Of a stretch of DNA of 64,000 nt, positions 28,046-40,105 are shown one piece after another. Source of the stretch: the human T2T-CHM13v2.0 reference genome, Homo sapiens; NCBI RefSeq assembly GCF_009914755.1, contig NC_060932.1. One strand, 5' to 3'. Numbering within the stretch: the stretch's first letter is position 1; every line of letters starts with the position of its first letter. Both the position numbers and the translations under genes were made by a program. The notes below the pieces were generated by a model, which saw only the letters and a list, made by a program, of their open reading frames with translations, did not search any database and was not told the DNA's origin.

Positions 28046-29629
28046 GAAACCAATACATATATGGGTTCTCAAACCTCCAGTTCAAGCTCCTGCCACTAGG
28101 CTCAACTCTACTTGGGTTCTGTGAGCTTCCTCTGAAGTCTTCAGGAAACTTCCTCTCGATTTGACCTAAAGTCATGGGATTTCTGTTTATAGCATCAAAA
28201 TGACTTCTCTTGAATAGGGACATGCAGAAGGTCAGTTTTTACACCATATGTGGAATGCTTTTGTCTTCCACAGCTTTCTCAAAGCAACAGGAGAAAGAAA
28301 CAGAGCTGCGGAGTTAGGGGAAAATAATAAACAAAGAACACACACGTTCAGCTGCATTGGGCAGATCTTCTCACAAACCTTCCTTTCCCCTTTCTACCCA
28401 CACAGGCTCATTCTTATCCCCTTTTCAACTCCTATCCTCTGTTGACTCTCTCTCCTTTCTCTCTGCTTATCCTATACTTTGCACTGGAATCCCACCAAAG
28501 CACTCTCCTGTTACGTCCACCAAATTCATTTGTTGAAATCCTAACCCCCAAGCGACAGTATTTGGAGATGGGGGACTTTGGAAGGTGATGAGATCATGAG
28601 GGCAGAGCCTTTGTGAATGGGATTTGTGCTGTTATATAAGGGACTCCAGAGTACTCTCCATCCTCATTCTTCCATGTGAGGATACAATGAGAAGTCAGTA
28701 GTCTGCAACCCAGAAGAGGCCCCTCACCAGAACCTGACCATGCTGGCACCCTGATCTTCCAGCCTTTAGAACTGTGAGAAATAAATTCCTATGGTTTAGA
28801 AGCCACTCAGTCTTTGACATTTTGTTATAGCAGCCTGAAATGACTAAGACAAAAATTGGCATTGAGAAGTCAGGTGCTCTTATAACAAATACTTAAAAAT
28901 GTGGAAGCAGCTTTGGAATTGGGTGATGGATAAAGGCTGGGAGAGTTTTGAGGGGCATGCCAGAAAAAGCCTAGATTGCTGTGAATGGCATTCCAAAGTT
29001 GATTCTGCTGAGAGCTCAGAAAGAAAAGAGAAGAGCTGTAGAGAAAGCGTCCATCTTGTTACAGAACACCTAAGTCAGCATGAACACGATGCTGGTGGAA
29101 ACATGGACGGTAAAGACTATTCTGATATTCATATGCAGAAATGAGGAACATGTTATCAAGCAACGGAGAAAAGGGGGTTCTTGTGATGAAGTAGCAAAGA
29201 ACATGCTGAATGGTATTGTTTGTGTTCTAGCATTTTGTGGGAGGTAGAATGTGAGGCAAAGTGTTGAAAGATCAGCATGGCTCCTCTTGACTGCTTATAG
29301 TAAAATGAGAGAGGAAATGCACTGAAGGTGGAATTGTTAACTGGAAAGGAACCAGAAGTTAGAGAATAAAAAATTTGCAGCCCGTCCATACTATAAAAAC
29401 TGAGAAAGTGTGTTTGAAAGATAACCCAAAGGCTGTGGTGGACCAACAATGTGATACAGAGATCAGTGTGGTGTGACCCACAGATTTAATCAACCATCTC
29501 TGCAAAAGTCACGAATAGAGATGGCATGATACCAGCAGAAACACTGCTGGCTGAGACTAGAGGAATCAAAGAAAATGTACAAAATGAAGGGAGCCTGTCA
29601 CACTTCTTAGATAGAGAAGTCTGGACTAG

Positions 29630-29975
<346 letters not shown>

Positions 29976-30814
29976 GCTACTCTTTAAAACAAGGGAAGAA
30001 GGACCTTGAGGGTGATTCAGAGATCATCATGGCTGCCACTCCCACCGCAGACTCAGAGTGCAAGGGCCTGGGGAGCAGAACTCCCTCCACCTTGATTTCA
30101 AAGACTAGAACCAATGCCCAGTGGACTTCAGGGGCTAAGGCCATGTAGCAGAGGCTGGGAGCATAACCCCCACCCCAAAAGAGAACTTCAGCATGGTCAG
30201 GGCTGCTGCAGAGAGCCACGGCATGGGCATCCCTTTCAGCTGTAGGGGTGATGTTGCCATTCTAGTGGGCTTGAAAGGTGAGAACACTTCCCCAGTGGAG
30301 GCAGAAGGCAGAACATCAAGCCAAAGAAGATTGTTCTCAAGCCTTAAGGTCTCATGGAGCTTGCCTTGCTAGGATTTGGACTTGCTTAATGGGAATGTCT
30401 ATCCTATGCCTGACCCACCATTGTATTTTGAAAGCACGGAACTTGTTTAGTTTCACAGGTTCACAGTTAGAGAGGAATTTTACCTCAGGATGAATCATGC
30501 TTTGAGTCTCATCCATATGTTAGATGATATTTAGATAAGACTTTGGACTTCAAACTTTAGAGGTGATGTTCAGAAAAGAAGATTTTTGGGGTTGGTGGGA
30601 TACAATGAATGTATATTGCATGCAAGAACGACATAGATATTTGGGGGTAAAGGATGTAATGTTATAGACTAAATGTTGTATTCCCCCCACCCCAAATTCA
30701 TTTGTTGAAATCAATGAATATGATGGGACTGGGAAGGAGGGTCTTTGGGATGTGATTAGGCCATGAGGGTGGAGGCTCATGAATGCTATTAGTGCCCTTA
30801 TAAAAGGGACTCCA

Positions 30815-31120
30815 GGCCGGGCATGGTGGCTCACACCTGTAATCCCAGCACTTTGGGAGGCCGAGGGAGGTGGACCACTTGAGGTCAGGAGTTTGAGACC
30901 AGACTGGCCAACATGGTGAAACCCTGTCTCTACTAAAAATACAAAAATTAACCCAGTGTAGTGGCATGCTTCTGTAATCCAAGCTACTAGGGAGGCTGAG
31001 GCAGGAGAATCCCTTGAACCCAGGTGGCGGAGGTTGCTGTGAGCCAAGATTGCACCACTGCACTCCATGCACTCCAGCCTGGGCCAAAGAGCGAGATGCT
31101 GTCTCGGAAAAAAAAAAAAA
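30815..31120 (+). mobile_element. AluSx-like inside the 3' MLT1A LTR
   Basis: TSD aaaagggactcca / aaaagtcactcca; internal tgcactcca duplication. Confidence 0.95.
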
Positions 31121-31855
31121 GTCACTCCAGAGAGCTCTCTCATTCTCATTCCACCACATGAGGATACAATGAGAACTTGGCAGTCTGCAACCTGGAAGAG
31201 ACCACCTCACCGGGACCTGAGCATGGAGGTTCCCTGATTTTGGACTTCACAGCCTCCAGAATGGTGGGAAATACATGTCTGCTGTTTGTAAGCCACCAGC
31301 ATATGGTCTTTTGTTACAGCAGCCCAAGCTGACTAAGATCCCTCCTCTCTCTAGCCTTCGAAAACCATCTGTGTAGGTAGGGCCTTTTGTCTGGGCCATA
31401 CAGTTCACATTCAGTTTGTTTGGTGAGGAATTATTTCCCCACATTTTAAGTGGGTTGAGGTCTCATTTATTTAGTGAACCTTCAAATTCCATAAAGATAC
31501 GAACACTCCCTTGGCCTTGCTCCATGATGCTCAGCAAACATTAGTGGAATAACTATATGGCTGCATCCCCTCTTCTTGAAAAACAGGTGGTTTACAATGG
31601 TGTTAAATTCAGGAGGTAGATAAAGACACCTAGTGTGAAGTTCCCCTCCCATCCACGTTTCTAAGCTACCAGATTGTTCTCCCTGGAGGCAACTAATGTT
31701 AACAGTTTATTGTGTATGTGTATCCTTCTAGAGATATTTCATGCATCTGCAAGCAAATACATATAACTATTCTTTTTCCTCTTGTTAAGTATGTAGTAGC
31801 CTGCTATACAGACTGTTTTTCTTTTTCTTTTTTTTTTTTTGCTTAAGAATCTTTG

Positions 31856-32424
31856 TGTGGTGATTTTATAGATACGTCTGCCAAATTCTTTGATACTTGT
31901 CCTCTCAAGAGGTGCAGCTAAACTCCCTTTCCTTTGACTGTGGGCTGGAATTAGTGATGTGCTTCTAGCAGATAGAATACAGAGGACTTGATGGGCTAAC
32001 ACTTCTGAGATTAGGTTACAAACAAACTGCATCTTCCGTCTTGGGTATGTTCTTTCTTTCTCTCCATCTATCTCATGAATCACTTATCTAGGAAGCCAGC
32101 TGCCATGTCCTCAGGACACTCAGGCAGCCTGGGGAGGGGCCCAGCTAGCAAGGGACTGAGGGTCCCACAGCTGAGAGTGTAGAAGCCGATCTTCTGAGAC
32201 CTGCCAACAGTGACATGAGCAGTCTCGGAAGCAGACCCGAGTCCTCCCCAAAAGGCCTTGAGAGGGCTGCAGTCCCTGCCCACAGCTTGATGCCAACCAC
32301 TTGGGAGATCCTGCACCAGAACCACCCAATTATGCTGCTCCCCAATCCCTGCCCTCTGGAAACTGTGAGATAATGTTTGTTGTTTAAGCCAACATATTTG
32401 TTATGCAGCAACAGATAATGTACA
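31856..32424 (+). mobile_element. MLT1F-like solo LTR
   Basis: ccaaattctttgatact...gaagccagctgccatgt...gaaactgtgagataatg...ttgttatgcagcaacagataatgtaca. Confidence 0.82.
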
Positions 32425-32600
32425 TGGAGATCCTTCTTCCTGAGTGCCTAGTGTGCCTACTTCTTTTTACAGCTACTTTGTGTTCTGTTCACTGGACACA
32501 GCACTATTTATTTTAACCAGTCCCCTACTAATGAACATTTAGACTACTTCTAAGCTTGTGCTCTTCAAACCATGCTGCAATGGAAAACTTTATGAAAATT

Positions 32601-32860
32601 TCTCAGTCTGTTGCCCAGGCTGGAGTGCAGTGGCGTAGTCTAGGTTCACTGCAGCCTGTGCCACCTAACTGGGCTCAAGAAATCTTCCCACCTCAGCCTC
32701 CTGAGTAGCTGGGACTACAGGCACATGCCACCACATTTGGCTGATTTTTAAATTTTTTGTAGAGGTGAGGTTTCCTTATTTTGTTCAGGCTGGTCTCAAA
32801 CTTATGGGCTCAAGTGATCCTCCTGTCTCAGCCTCCCAAAGTACTGGGATTATAGGCATG
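32601..32860 (-). mobile_element. AluJ lacking its tail and 5' end, flanked by 17-bp direct repeats
   Basis: atggaaaactttatgaa (32580-32596) / atggaaaacttcataaa (32858-32874). Confidence 0.88.
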
Positions 32861-32991
32861 GAAAACTTCATAAATACATCATTCCACCTGTCTGTGAGTA
32901 CACCTGTAGAATAAATTCTTAAATAGAAAAGTCATGGCAAAAGGTTCATTTTTAAAAAAAATAAAGTCTTTCCAAATTCTTCCTCTCTCTG

Positions 32992-33269
32992 TTTTCTTTT
33001 TTCTTTTTTTTAGACAGAGTTTTCCTTTGTCACCCAGGCTGGAGTGCAGTGGCTCACTGCAACCTCTGCCTCCTGGGTTCAAGCAATTCTCCTGCCTCAG
33101 CCTCCTGAGTAGGTGGGATTACAAGTACGCGGATAATTTTTGTATTTTTAGTAGAGATGGGATTTTGCCATGTTGGCCAGGCTGGTCTCAAACTCCTGAC
33201 CTCGAACGATCCGCCCAACTCAAACTCCCAAAGTTCTGAGATTACAGGCATGAGCCACTGTGCCTGGTC
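32992..33269 (-). mobile_element. Alu (AluS-type) with small internal deletions
   Basis: Antisense dimer with T-rich tail. Confidence 0.93.
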
Positions 33270-34189
33270 CAAACTCTCTTGTATAGAGGTTATACCAATT
33301 TATACTTCCATCAGTAACAGATGAGAGGCTGGTTTGTCTTCACCCTCACCATCTTCCTTAACCCCTCTGGAATAGGTTACATCATAAAGATTCAGTATGT
33401 TTAAGGATTAAATTACATCTCCTGCATCTCCACAGCAAATGATTCAAAATGTCCTTGATTTATTTAGGATCCCAGAGAGGTTTTCTGACCTTACCCAGCA
33501 GATACACAGGCTCTGTCGTGGGTATAACAGCCATCAAAGCAGCGATGGGTGGTGGCAGCAGCAGCAGCACTCATATGTTGAAAAATCAAAATAAAACCAG
33601 GCCAAGCCTGGTCTTTTCGGTTCCTGCTCACAGTAAGAAGGGAAAGGCCCAGGGGCCTGAAAATCCTCTGCTGTGGAGATGCAAAGGGAGATCTGTAGTT
33701 TGCAGGTGTCTGGTGACCTTCTAGTCCTGCAGGCAACATGGGGCAGGACGCTGCTGGAAGCTTGTGAACTTGGCCAGGTGGCTGGGCCTTCAAAGGCTTC
33801 CCCTACAGCATCTCTTTCTGTGCCTAGCAGAGCCCAGGGCTCACACAGCGGGAGGTACTGCATCCTGGCTGCAGGAAAGTGCCTGTGAAGCCAGCTTGGA
33901 GCTGATAGAAGCAGTGAGGTGTTGGCGTCAACTCTCACCTGCAGGTTTCTGGTTCTGACTTTTGGCCATTTGGTGGGGCAGTCTTCTCCCAGGAGTGCAC
34001 AGATCTGCCTCTCCTTGGTTCAGGAGAGTGCAAGAGGGAAAAAAAAGAAAAAGCAGTGAGGGTTCTAGTAATGGGACTTGCTTCCCAAAATTTGGAGAAG
34101 AACACTTCAGGGATACAGGGTTTCCCAGAAAGCAGGAATTCTGTGCCCTCTTCATGTAAAACTTCAATGGCTTTTAGTAAGAGGCTCCT

Positions 34190-34290
34190 TCATGCACGTA
34201 CGCACGCACTCACTCACTCACTCACTCACTCACCCACTCACTCAACTCCATATTTACTGAGCACCTGCTTTAAGCAATGCATGTTTTAGG
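34190..34290 (-). mobile_element. L2 3' end with (CACT)n tail
   Basis: cactcactca...catatttactgagcacctgct. Confidence 0.7.
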
Positions 34291-34574
34291 TATGAATTTC
34301 CAGGTCTTTCAGAATCTGTTTCTACCCAGATCTTGGGATGCTTGCCGATTGCTAGCCCATTGCTAGATGCCAAGTTCAAGCCCCTATGCACTTTCCTTTG
34401 TCAAAAAACCCCATCTCACTCTACCCCAATCTCCATTGCTTACACAACAAGTCCCAGCTCCTGGATCTGGCTACAGGATCCTGAATGTTCTAGCCCACAT
34501 TTCCCACGTCAGCTTCCTGTCTTGCCAGTTCTTGCCTCAGACTCTGCAATCTAGCCTCAATGAAACTATTTCCA

Positions 34575-34900
34575 CATGTTCATTCACATATTCAGTCATT
34601 TATTTCTTCATTTTTATTGTGTACAATATGCTAGGCACTGTGTTAAGTGCTCTGGCTATATCTGTGAAAAAAGGTGGCAGGACCGTACCCGCAGAGACTT
34701 AACTTCCAGAGACAATAAGTGAGCAAATAATTAACCATTGCAAGTTGTGATGTGTCTTGAAGGAAATAAACTGGGTGATGTGATAGAGAAGAGTGGATTA
34801 AGCCTGGCCAGGAAACATCTTTCCAAAAGAGGCGACAGGGAAGTAGGTAGCTGTGCTAAGATCTTGGGGACCTACCTCCTGAGCAGAGGGACAGTTAGGG
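34575..34900 (-). mobile_element. L2 3' region
   Basis: ttcattcacatattcagtcatt...tatgctaggcactgtgttaagtgct. Confidence 0.7.
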
Positions 34901-35189
34901 CAAAGGCCAAGGCCTTGCTCTGTCAACCTCAGGCCTTTGTTCATTGCTGCTGTTTTCTCTTTGGAACCTTCCCAAGCCCAATGTTCCTGATTCTGGTGGA
35001 TGTCTCTTCCTCCAGGAAGCCTTCCCAGATCACTGCACACTGAGGGAGTGCCTCTGCTCTTGCTCCACTTGCCTGCCATGGTTCTTCATTCACCCTCTGT
35101 GCTGTAGGGTGCACCCAAGGCACCCAGCCATTGACTTGGGAAACTCAGCCGTAGCCAGATCCATGTCTGCTTTGTTTGCTAATGCAGCC

Positions 35190-35680
35190 TGTTGTAGGTT
35201 GAATTGGGTCCCCCAAACCAATATGTTGAGGCTGTAACCCCTGATACCTGTGAATGTGGTCTTATTTGGAAATGAGGTCTTTACCGATGTAATCAAGTTA
35301 AGATGGGGTCATACTGGATTAGGGTGGGCCCTAAGTCCAGCGACTGCTGTCCTGATAAGGAAAGAGAGATTTGGAGACAGAGACAGCCACTGGGAAGAAG
35401 GCCATGGGAACATGGAGGCAGAGATTGGGGTGATGTAGCTGCAGGCCAAGAGCGCCGAGGACTGCTGGGGGCATTAGAGGCTAGGAGAGGTGAGGACGGA
35501 TTCTTTCTCTAGAGGACCGATTCTAAGAAGGGTTCTAAGAGGGGGCATGGCCCTACCAACACCTATCAACACCTTGATTTCAGACTTCTAGCCTCCAGAA
35601 CTGGGAGAGAATAAGATTCTGCCGTTGTAAGCTAACCAGCATGTGGCACATTATTTCAGCAGCCACAGGAAACTCACACA
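35190..35680 (+). mobile_element. MLT1C-like solo LTR
   Basis: tgttgtaggttgaatt...cttatttggaaatgaggtcttt...ggattagggtgggccctaa...ggaaactcacaca. Confidence 0.9.
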
Positions 35681-35764
35681 GAACCCCAGGCCCTGGGGGA
35701 CAAGGGCATCCTTGTCCAGCATTGGGCTGAATGAATGAACCCCATCAACTGCCTCCTCCTCTTA

Positions 35765-36062
35765 TTTTTTTTTTTTTTTTGAGACAGGGTCTCATTCTGT
35801 CACCCAGGGTGGAGTGCAGAGGCATGATCACGGCTTACTACAGCCTCCATCTCCCAGGTTCAAGCTATTCTCCTGCCTCAGCCTCCCGAGTAGCTGTGAT
35901 TACAAGGTGCCCACCACTAGGCCCAGCTAATTTTTGTATTTTTAGTAGAGACAGGTTTCACCATGTTGGCCAGGCTGGTCTTAAACTCCTGACCTCAAGT
36001 GATCTGCCCACCTCTGCCTCCCAAAGTGCTGGAATTACAGGCGTGAGCCAGCATGCCTGGCC
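35765..36062 (-). mobile_element. Alu
   Basis: Antisense dimer with poly-T. Confidence 0.95.
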
Positions 36063-37379
36063 CTTCCTTTTGTGCCCAGCGTGTGGCCTTGAAGTCCCCT
36101 GTGTCCAGCCAGGGATGACTCCTTGCAGAGCACAGCCTGCCAGGCAGGAAGGGGGCCACCCTCCTCCCTTGTGTTTGCATGTGGAAAATTCTTCTTGGCA
36201 TTTCTTGGGAGAAATTTATATTTTTTGAATCCTGATTCCTGAGAAAAATCAGTCGAGAAGTCAGGAAAATGGGAAAAAGTATTATAAGTCTCTTGTGGGA
36301 ATTAAAGCTTGTAATCAACATGCAGACCTTACAGTTTTGAAGGAAGGCACTGACGTTGAGTTGAAAGCAGAGTCAAGGGTTAATATCAACATTTCTGAGA
36401 GCCAGGTCAGAAGGAGGTAGAGAGGTGGCTGTGACCTAATCCATCAGTCTCTCATAATCTCGTGGCTGAGTTAACGTACGTGTCTATGGCCCTGTCTGCT
36501 GCACGTGGTGCATCCTTCAAGCAATTAAAATACATATCACTAAATTTATGTGCAAAGTGTACTTGATACAGAACTGTTGAATGGTGTTCTAAGAAATAAC
36601 AGGTTTTGGAAGCAAAATAAGTCCTTAATGTGGCCATTTGACACATGATTCTGTGTGATGTTGTTCCTCCTTGTTAGGAGATCTGACTGTTACGTGGTTC
36701 ACCTGCCATCCAATAATGTTCTCTGGTGTTTCCTGGTGTTTGAATATTTTCTGTAGGTTATGGTCCTTTGTAAGCAGAACTAAGCTGAATATTTCTTGTT
36801 TATTAAACATCTTCCATAATAAATATAATTATAATAATAAAGACTATGAAGAATGTTGGAAGTATTTAAAAAATAACAAGATTTTGGACATTTGCATTTA
36901 TTGGTTCTGAATCTGGAAGATTAATTAATATCTGTCGGGAATCTGGAAACACCATAGTTCCAGCTTATAAATAGTTGCTGTACCTCATATAAGCTTTAGC
37001 TCAGTCTCAAACCCTCCAAAAGCTTTCTTTCAGCTGAAACTGGGACTAGAGAGGGGCTGATTTCATCTGCCTAAGTGGAAATCCAGTTCTGATCTCAGCA
37101 GCCGTGTGACCTTGGACAAGTTGGACCACCTCTGGGAGCTGTTTCCTTACCCCTGCTCCTGTGCCCCGCATGCCTGGGCTGGGTGATCTCATGGGGGTCT
37201 TCCAGTCCCTGCAATCTATCATTTAGTAGCGCTGCTCCAGGCAACATCTCTGAGTGAAAATGCTCTGTAACCTACTTCTAATCCTGTTGGGTGTTGGGGA
37301 GGTTTTCTTGTGTCCAGTGAGTGGCAGTGAGGACTGACTTGTCGCTCATTGCTATGCACATTCCTCCTATATGTGATTT

Positions 37380-37490
37380 TGTTTAATCCTCATCATGACT
37401 CAAAGGGAAGCTTTATTGTTGTATATTACAGATGAGAAAGCTGAGGTTCAGAGAAGCATGTGTTGTGCCCCAAGGTCACAGATCAAAGGG
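37380..37490 (-). mobile_element. MIR fragment
   Basis: tattacagatgagaaagctgaggttcagaga...ccccaaggtcacaga. Confidence 0.75.
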
Positions 37491-37698
37491 AAGGAGGATG
37501 GGGGTGGTCCTATGAAAGGACCTCTGGGCTTGCGTGGACACTGGCACACCCGCAGCTTCCTCTTTCTTTCTGCTTGTTTGTATTTCTGGCCAGCTGCACA
37601 CAGAGGCAGGCTCCTGGGGAGGGCTTTATGGATTCAGGTGGAAAGTGACAGCATGTGGGCAACATTGACTGTTCAGACACTGCCAAACCTTGGTTTCA

Positions 37699-38050
<352 letters not shown>

Positions 38051-38362
38051 GGCCGGGTGTGGTGGTTCATGCCTGTAATCCTAAAACTTTGGGAGGCTGA
38101 GATGGGCAGATTGCCTGAGCTCAGGAATTAGAGACTAGCCTGGGCAACATGGTGAAACCCTATCTCTACCAAAATACAAAAATTAGCCAGGTGTGGTGGT
38201 GCATACCTGTAATCCCAGATATTCCGGAAGCTGAGGCAGGAGAATTGCTTGAACCTGGGAGGCAGAGGTTGCAGTGAGCCAAGATTACATCAGATGCACT
38301 CCAGCCTGGGTGACAGAGTAAGACTCCATCTCAAAATAAATAAATAAATAAATAATAAATAA
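38051..38362 (+). mobile_element. AluS inserted in the tail of the preceding AluJ
   Basis: Full dimer with (TAAA)n tail directly after the AluJ. Confidence 0.94.
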
Positions 38363-38881
38363 GTAGTTAAGTAAAAGTATGAGTTGTAGGGGTGGATGGC
38401 GATGTTGACTGTGGTGTCTTTTTCTCACTCCATACAGGTAGGACCTCCTGTGCTTTGGGTGGTTATTTCAGGTTGGGTTAAAGAGGGGGCTAAATTGTAA
38501 TCCCCCCAACCCACCATGGGCCCAGTGGTGTGAGCAGGAGGGACAGGTGAACGTGCGATCCCCTGGCGATGTTGGGTGTGGCTGGAAGACACTGGTAAGA
38601 TGGAAGGAATCTCCTCTCCCACCCTTTGTGCCTCTGTGTCCCCTTCCTGTAAATTGGGTAAGGGGTGGCTCTGGACTGTGGGGAATGGCAGTTCTCTTCT
38701 ACTTCATATTTCCTGGTTATGTGATCAAAATAAAACTGTGTTCATGCTCCTGCTTTAAAAAAGTCCTTACTGCCACCATTTTTAAGCTATAGAACAGATG
38801 GCCATGATATTTACATTACAAATGGATCCTTCATTTGGCCAGAGAATCAATGTAGGTGTATTTGAGGGAGCAAGTTCTTTC

Positions 38882-39278
38882 TGTTAGGGACAGAATTGTA
38901 TCCCCCACCCCAATTTCATATGTGGAGCTCTAACCCCCATTGTGACTGTATTTGGAGATAGGATTTTTAGGAGGTAAAGTTAAATGGGGTCCTGAGGGTG
39001 GGTTCCTAATCCAATAGGATTGGTGGTCTTTATAAAAAGAGTAAGAGAGATTTCTCTTTCTCACCATATCCCCTGCACACACTGAGGAAAGGCCATGTGA
39101 GGACAAAATGAGAAGGCGGCTGTCTGCAACCTGAGGGGAGTGCCCTCAGTAGAGCCCGATCCTGCTAGCACCTTGATCTCGGACTTCCAGGCTCCAGAAC
39201 TGTGAAGGAATACATGTCTGCTGTTCAAGCCACCTAGTGTGTGGTGTTTTGTTATGGCAGCCCAAGCTGACTAACACA
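38882..39278 (+). mobile_element. MaLR solo LTR (MLT1A1/MLT1B-like)
   Basis: tgttaggg...gtgactgtatttggagatagg...caccttgatctcggacttccag...gactaacaca. Confidence 0.88.
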
Positions 39279-39539
39279 TCCTCCTTGTCCCAACAGCATG
39301 CCCATGTGCTTTGACTTAACAACTGTTAAAGTGAGGGAAAGGTGTGTGTGTGCAAAGGTGGGCATATGTGTGTGATTCCTCCAGAGGATGCCTGAAGACA
39401 CAGCGTGTTTCCTTCACTGGAGTGGACCCACCCTTGTTGGTTGTGACTACTGTCCCTCCCCTCCTTCCTACTCTCATACTAACTTGAAAATATCTTCCTA
39501 AAACTGGGAACTTGTTTCCTCCTTGTGAGGTACTTGGCT

Positions 39540-40105
39540 TTCTGTGTGTGTGTGGAGGGTTGTATGTGTGTATGTGCGTGTATGTGTGTAGGAGGTTGTA
39601 TGCGTGTATAAAAAAACATGGTCTGTTTATAAGACCATGTGCATGTATTTGTGTGGGCATGTGTGTGCATGTGTATGTATGTGTATGCAAGGTGTGTGTG
39701 TGTTTTATGTGTGTAGGCATGTATATATATGCATGTGTGTATGTGTGTAGCCGTGTGTGTGTATAGGAGTGTATGTGTATGTAGAGGTGTGTGTGTATGT
39801 GTGTGTATAGGGTATGTGTGTGTATAGGATATGTGTGTGTATTTGTGGGTAGGAGTGTGTTTGTAGGGTTGTATATGTGTGTGTATGGGTGTGTGTATTT
39901 ATGTGTGTGTAGGGTTTGTGTGTGTGTGTATAGGGTATGTGTGAGTATTCGTGGGTAAGAGTGTGTATGTGTATTTGTGGGTAAGAGTTTGTGTGTGTAG
40001 GGTTGTATGTGTGTGTGTAGGGTTGTGTGGGTGTTTGTGTGTGTGGGAGCACATGTGCATGCATTTGTGTGTATGTATGTGTAAGGGTGTGTGTGTATGT
40101 CTACA
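39540..40105. repeat. Long degenerate (TG)-rich low-complexity tract
   Basis: Direct reading; ~560 bp. Confidence 0.95.

Larger units (their letters stand above)
31590..33350 (-). mobile_element. Old L1M (L1ME-like) 3' fragments interleaved with an MLT1F LTR and two Alus
   Basis: ggaggcaactaatgttaacagttt, cagtcccctactaatgaacatttagac, ggttataccaatttatacttcc L1M 3'UTR-like motifs. Confidence 0.55.

Noticed and set aside
30550-31210. 199-aa and 170-aa minus-strand ORFs
   Set aside because: Standard antisense-Alu translations plus LTR sequence
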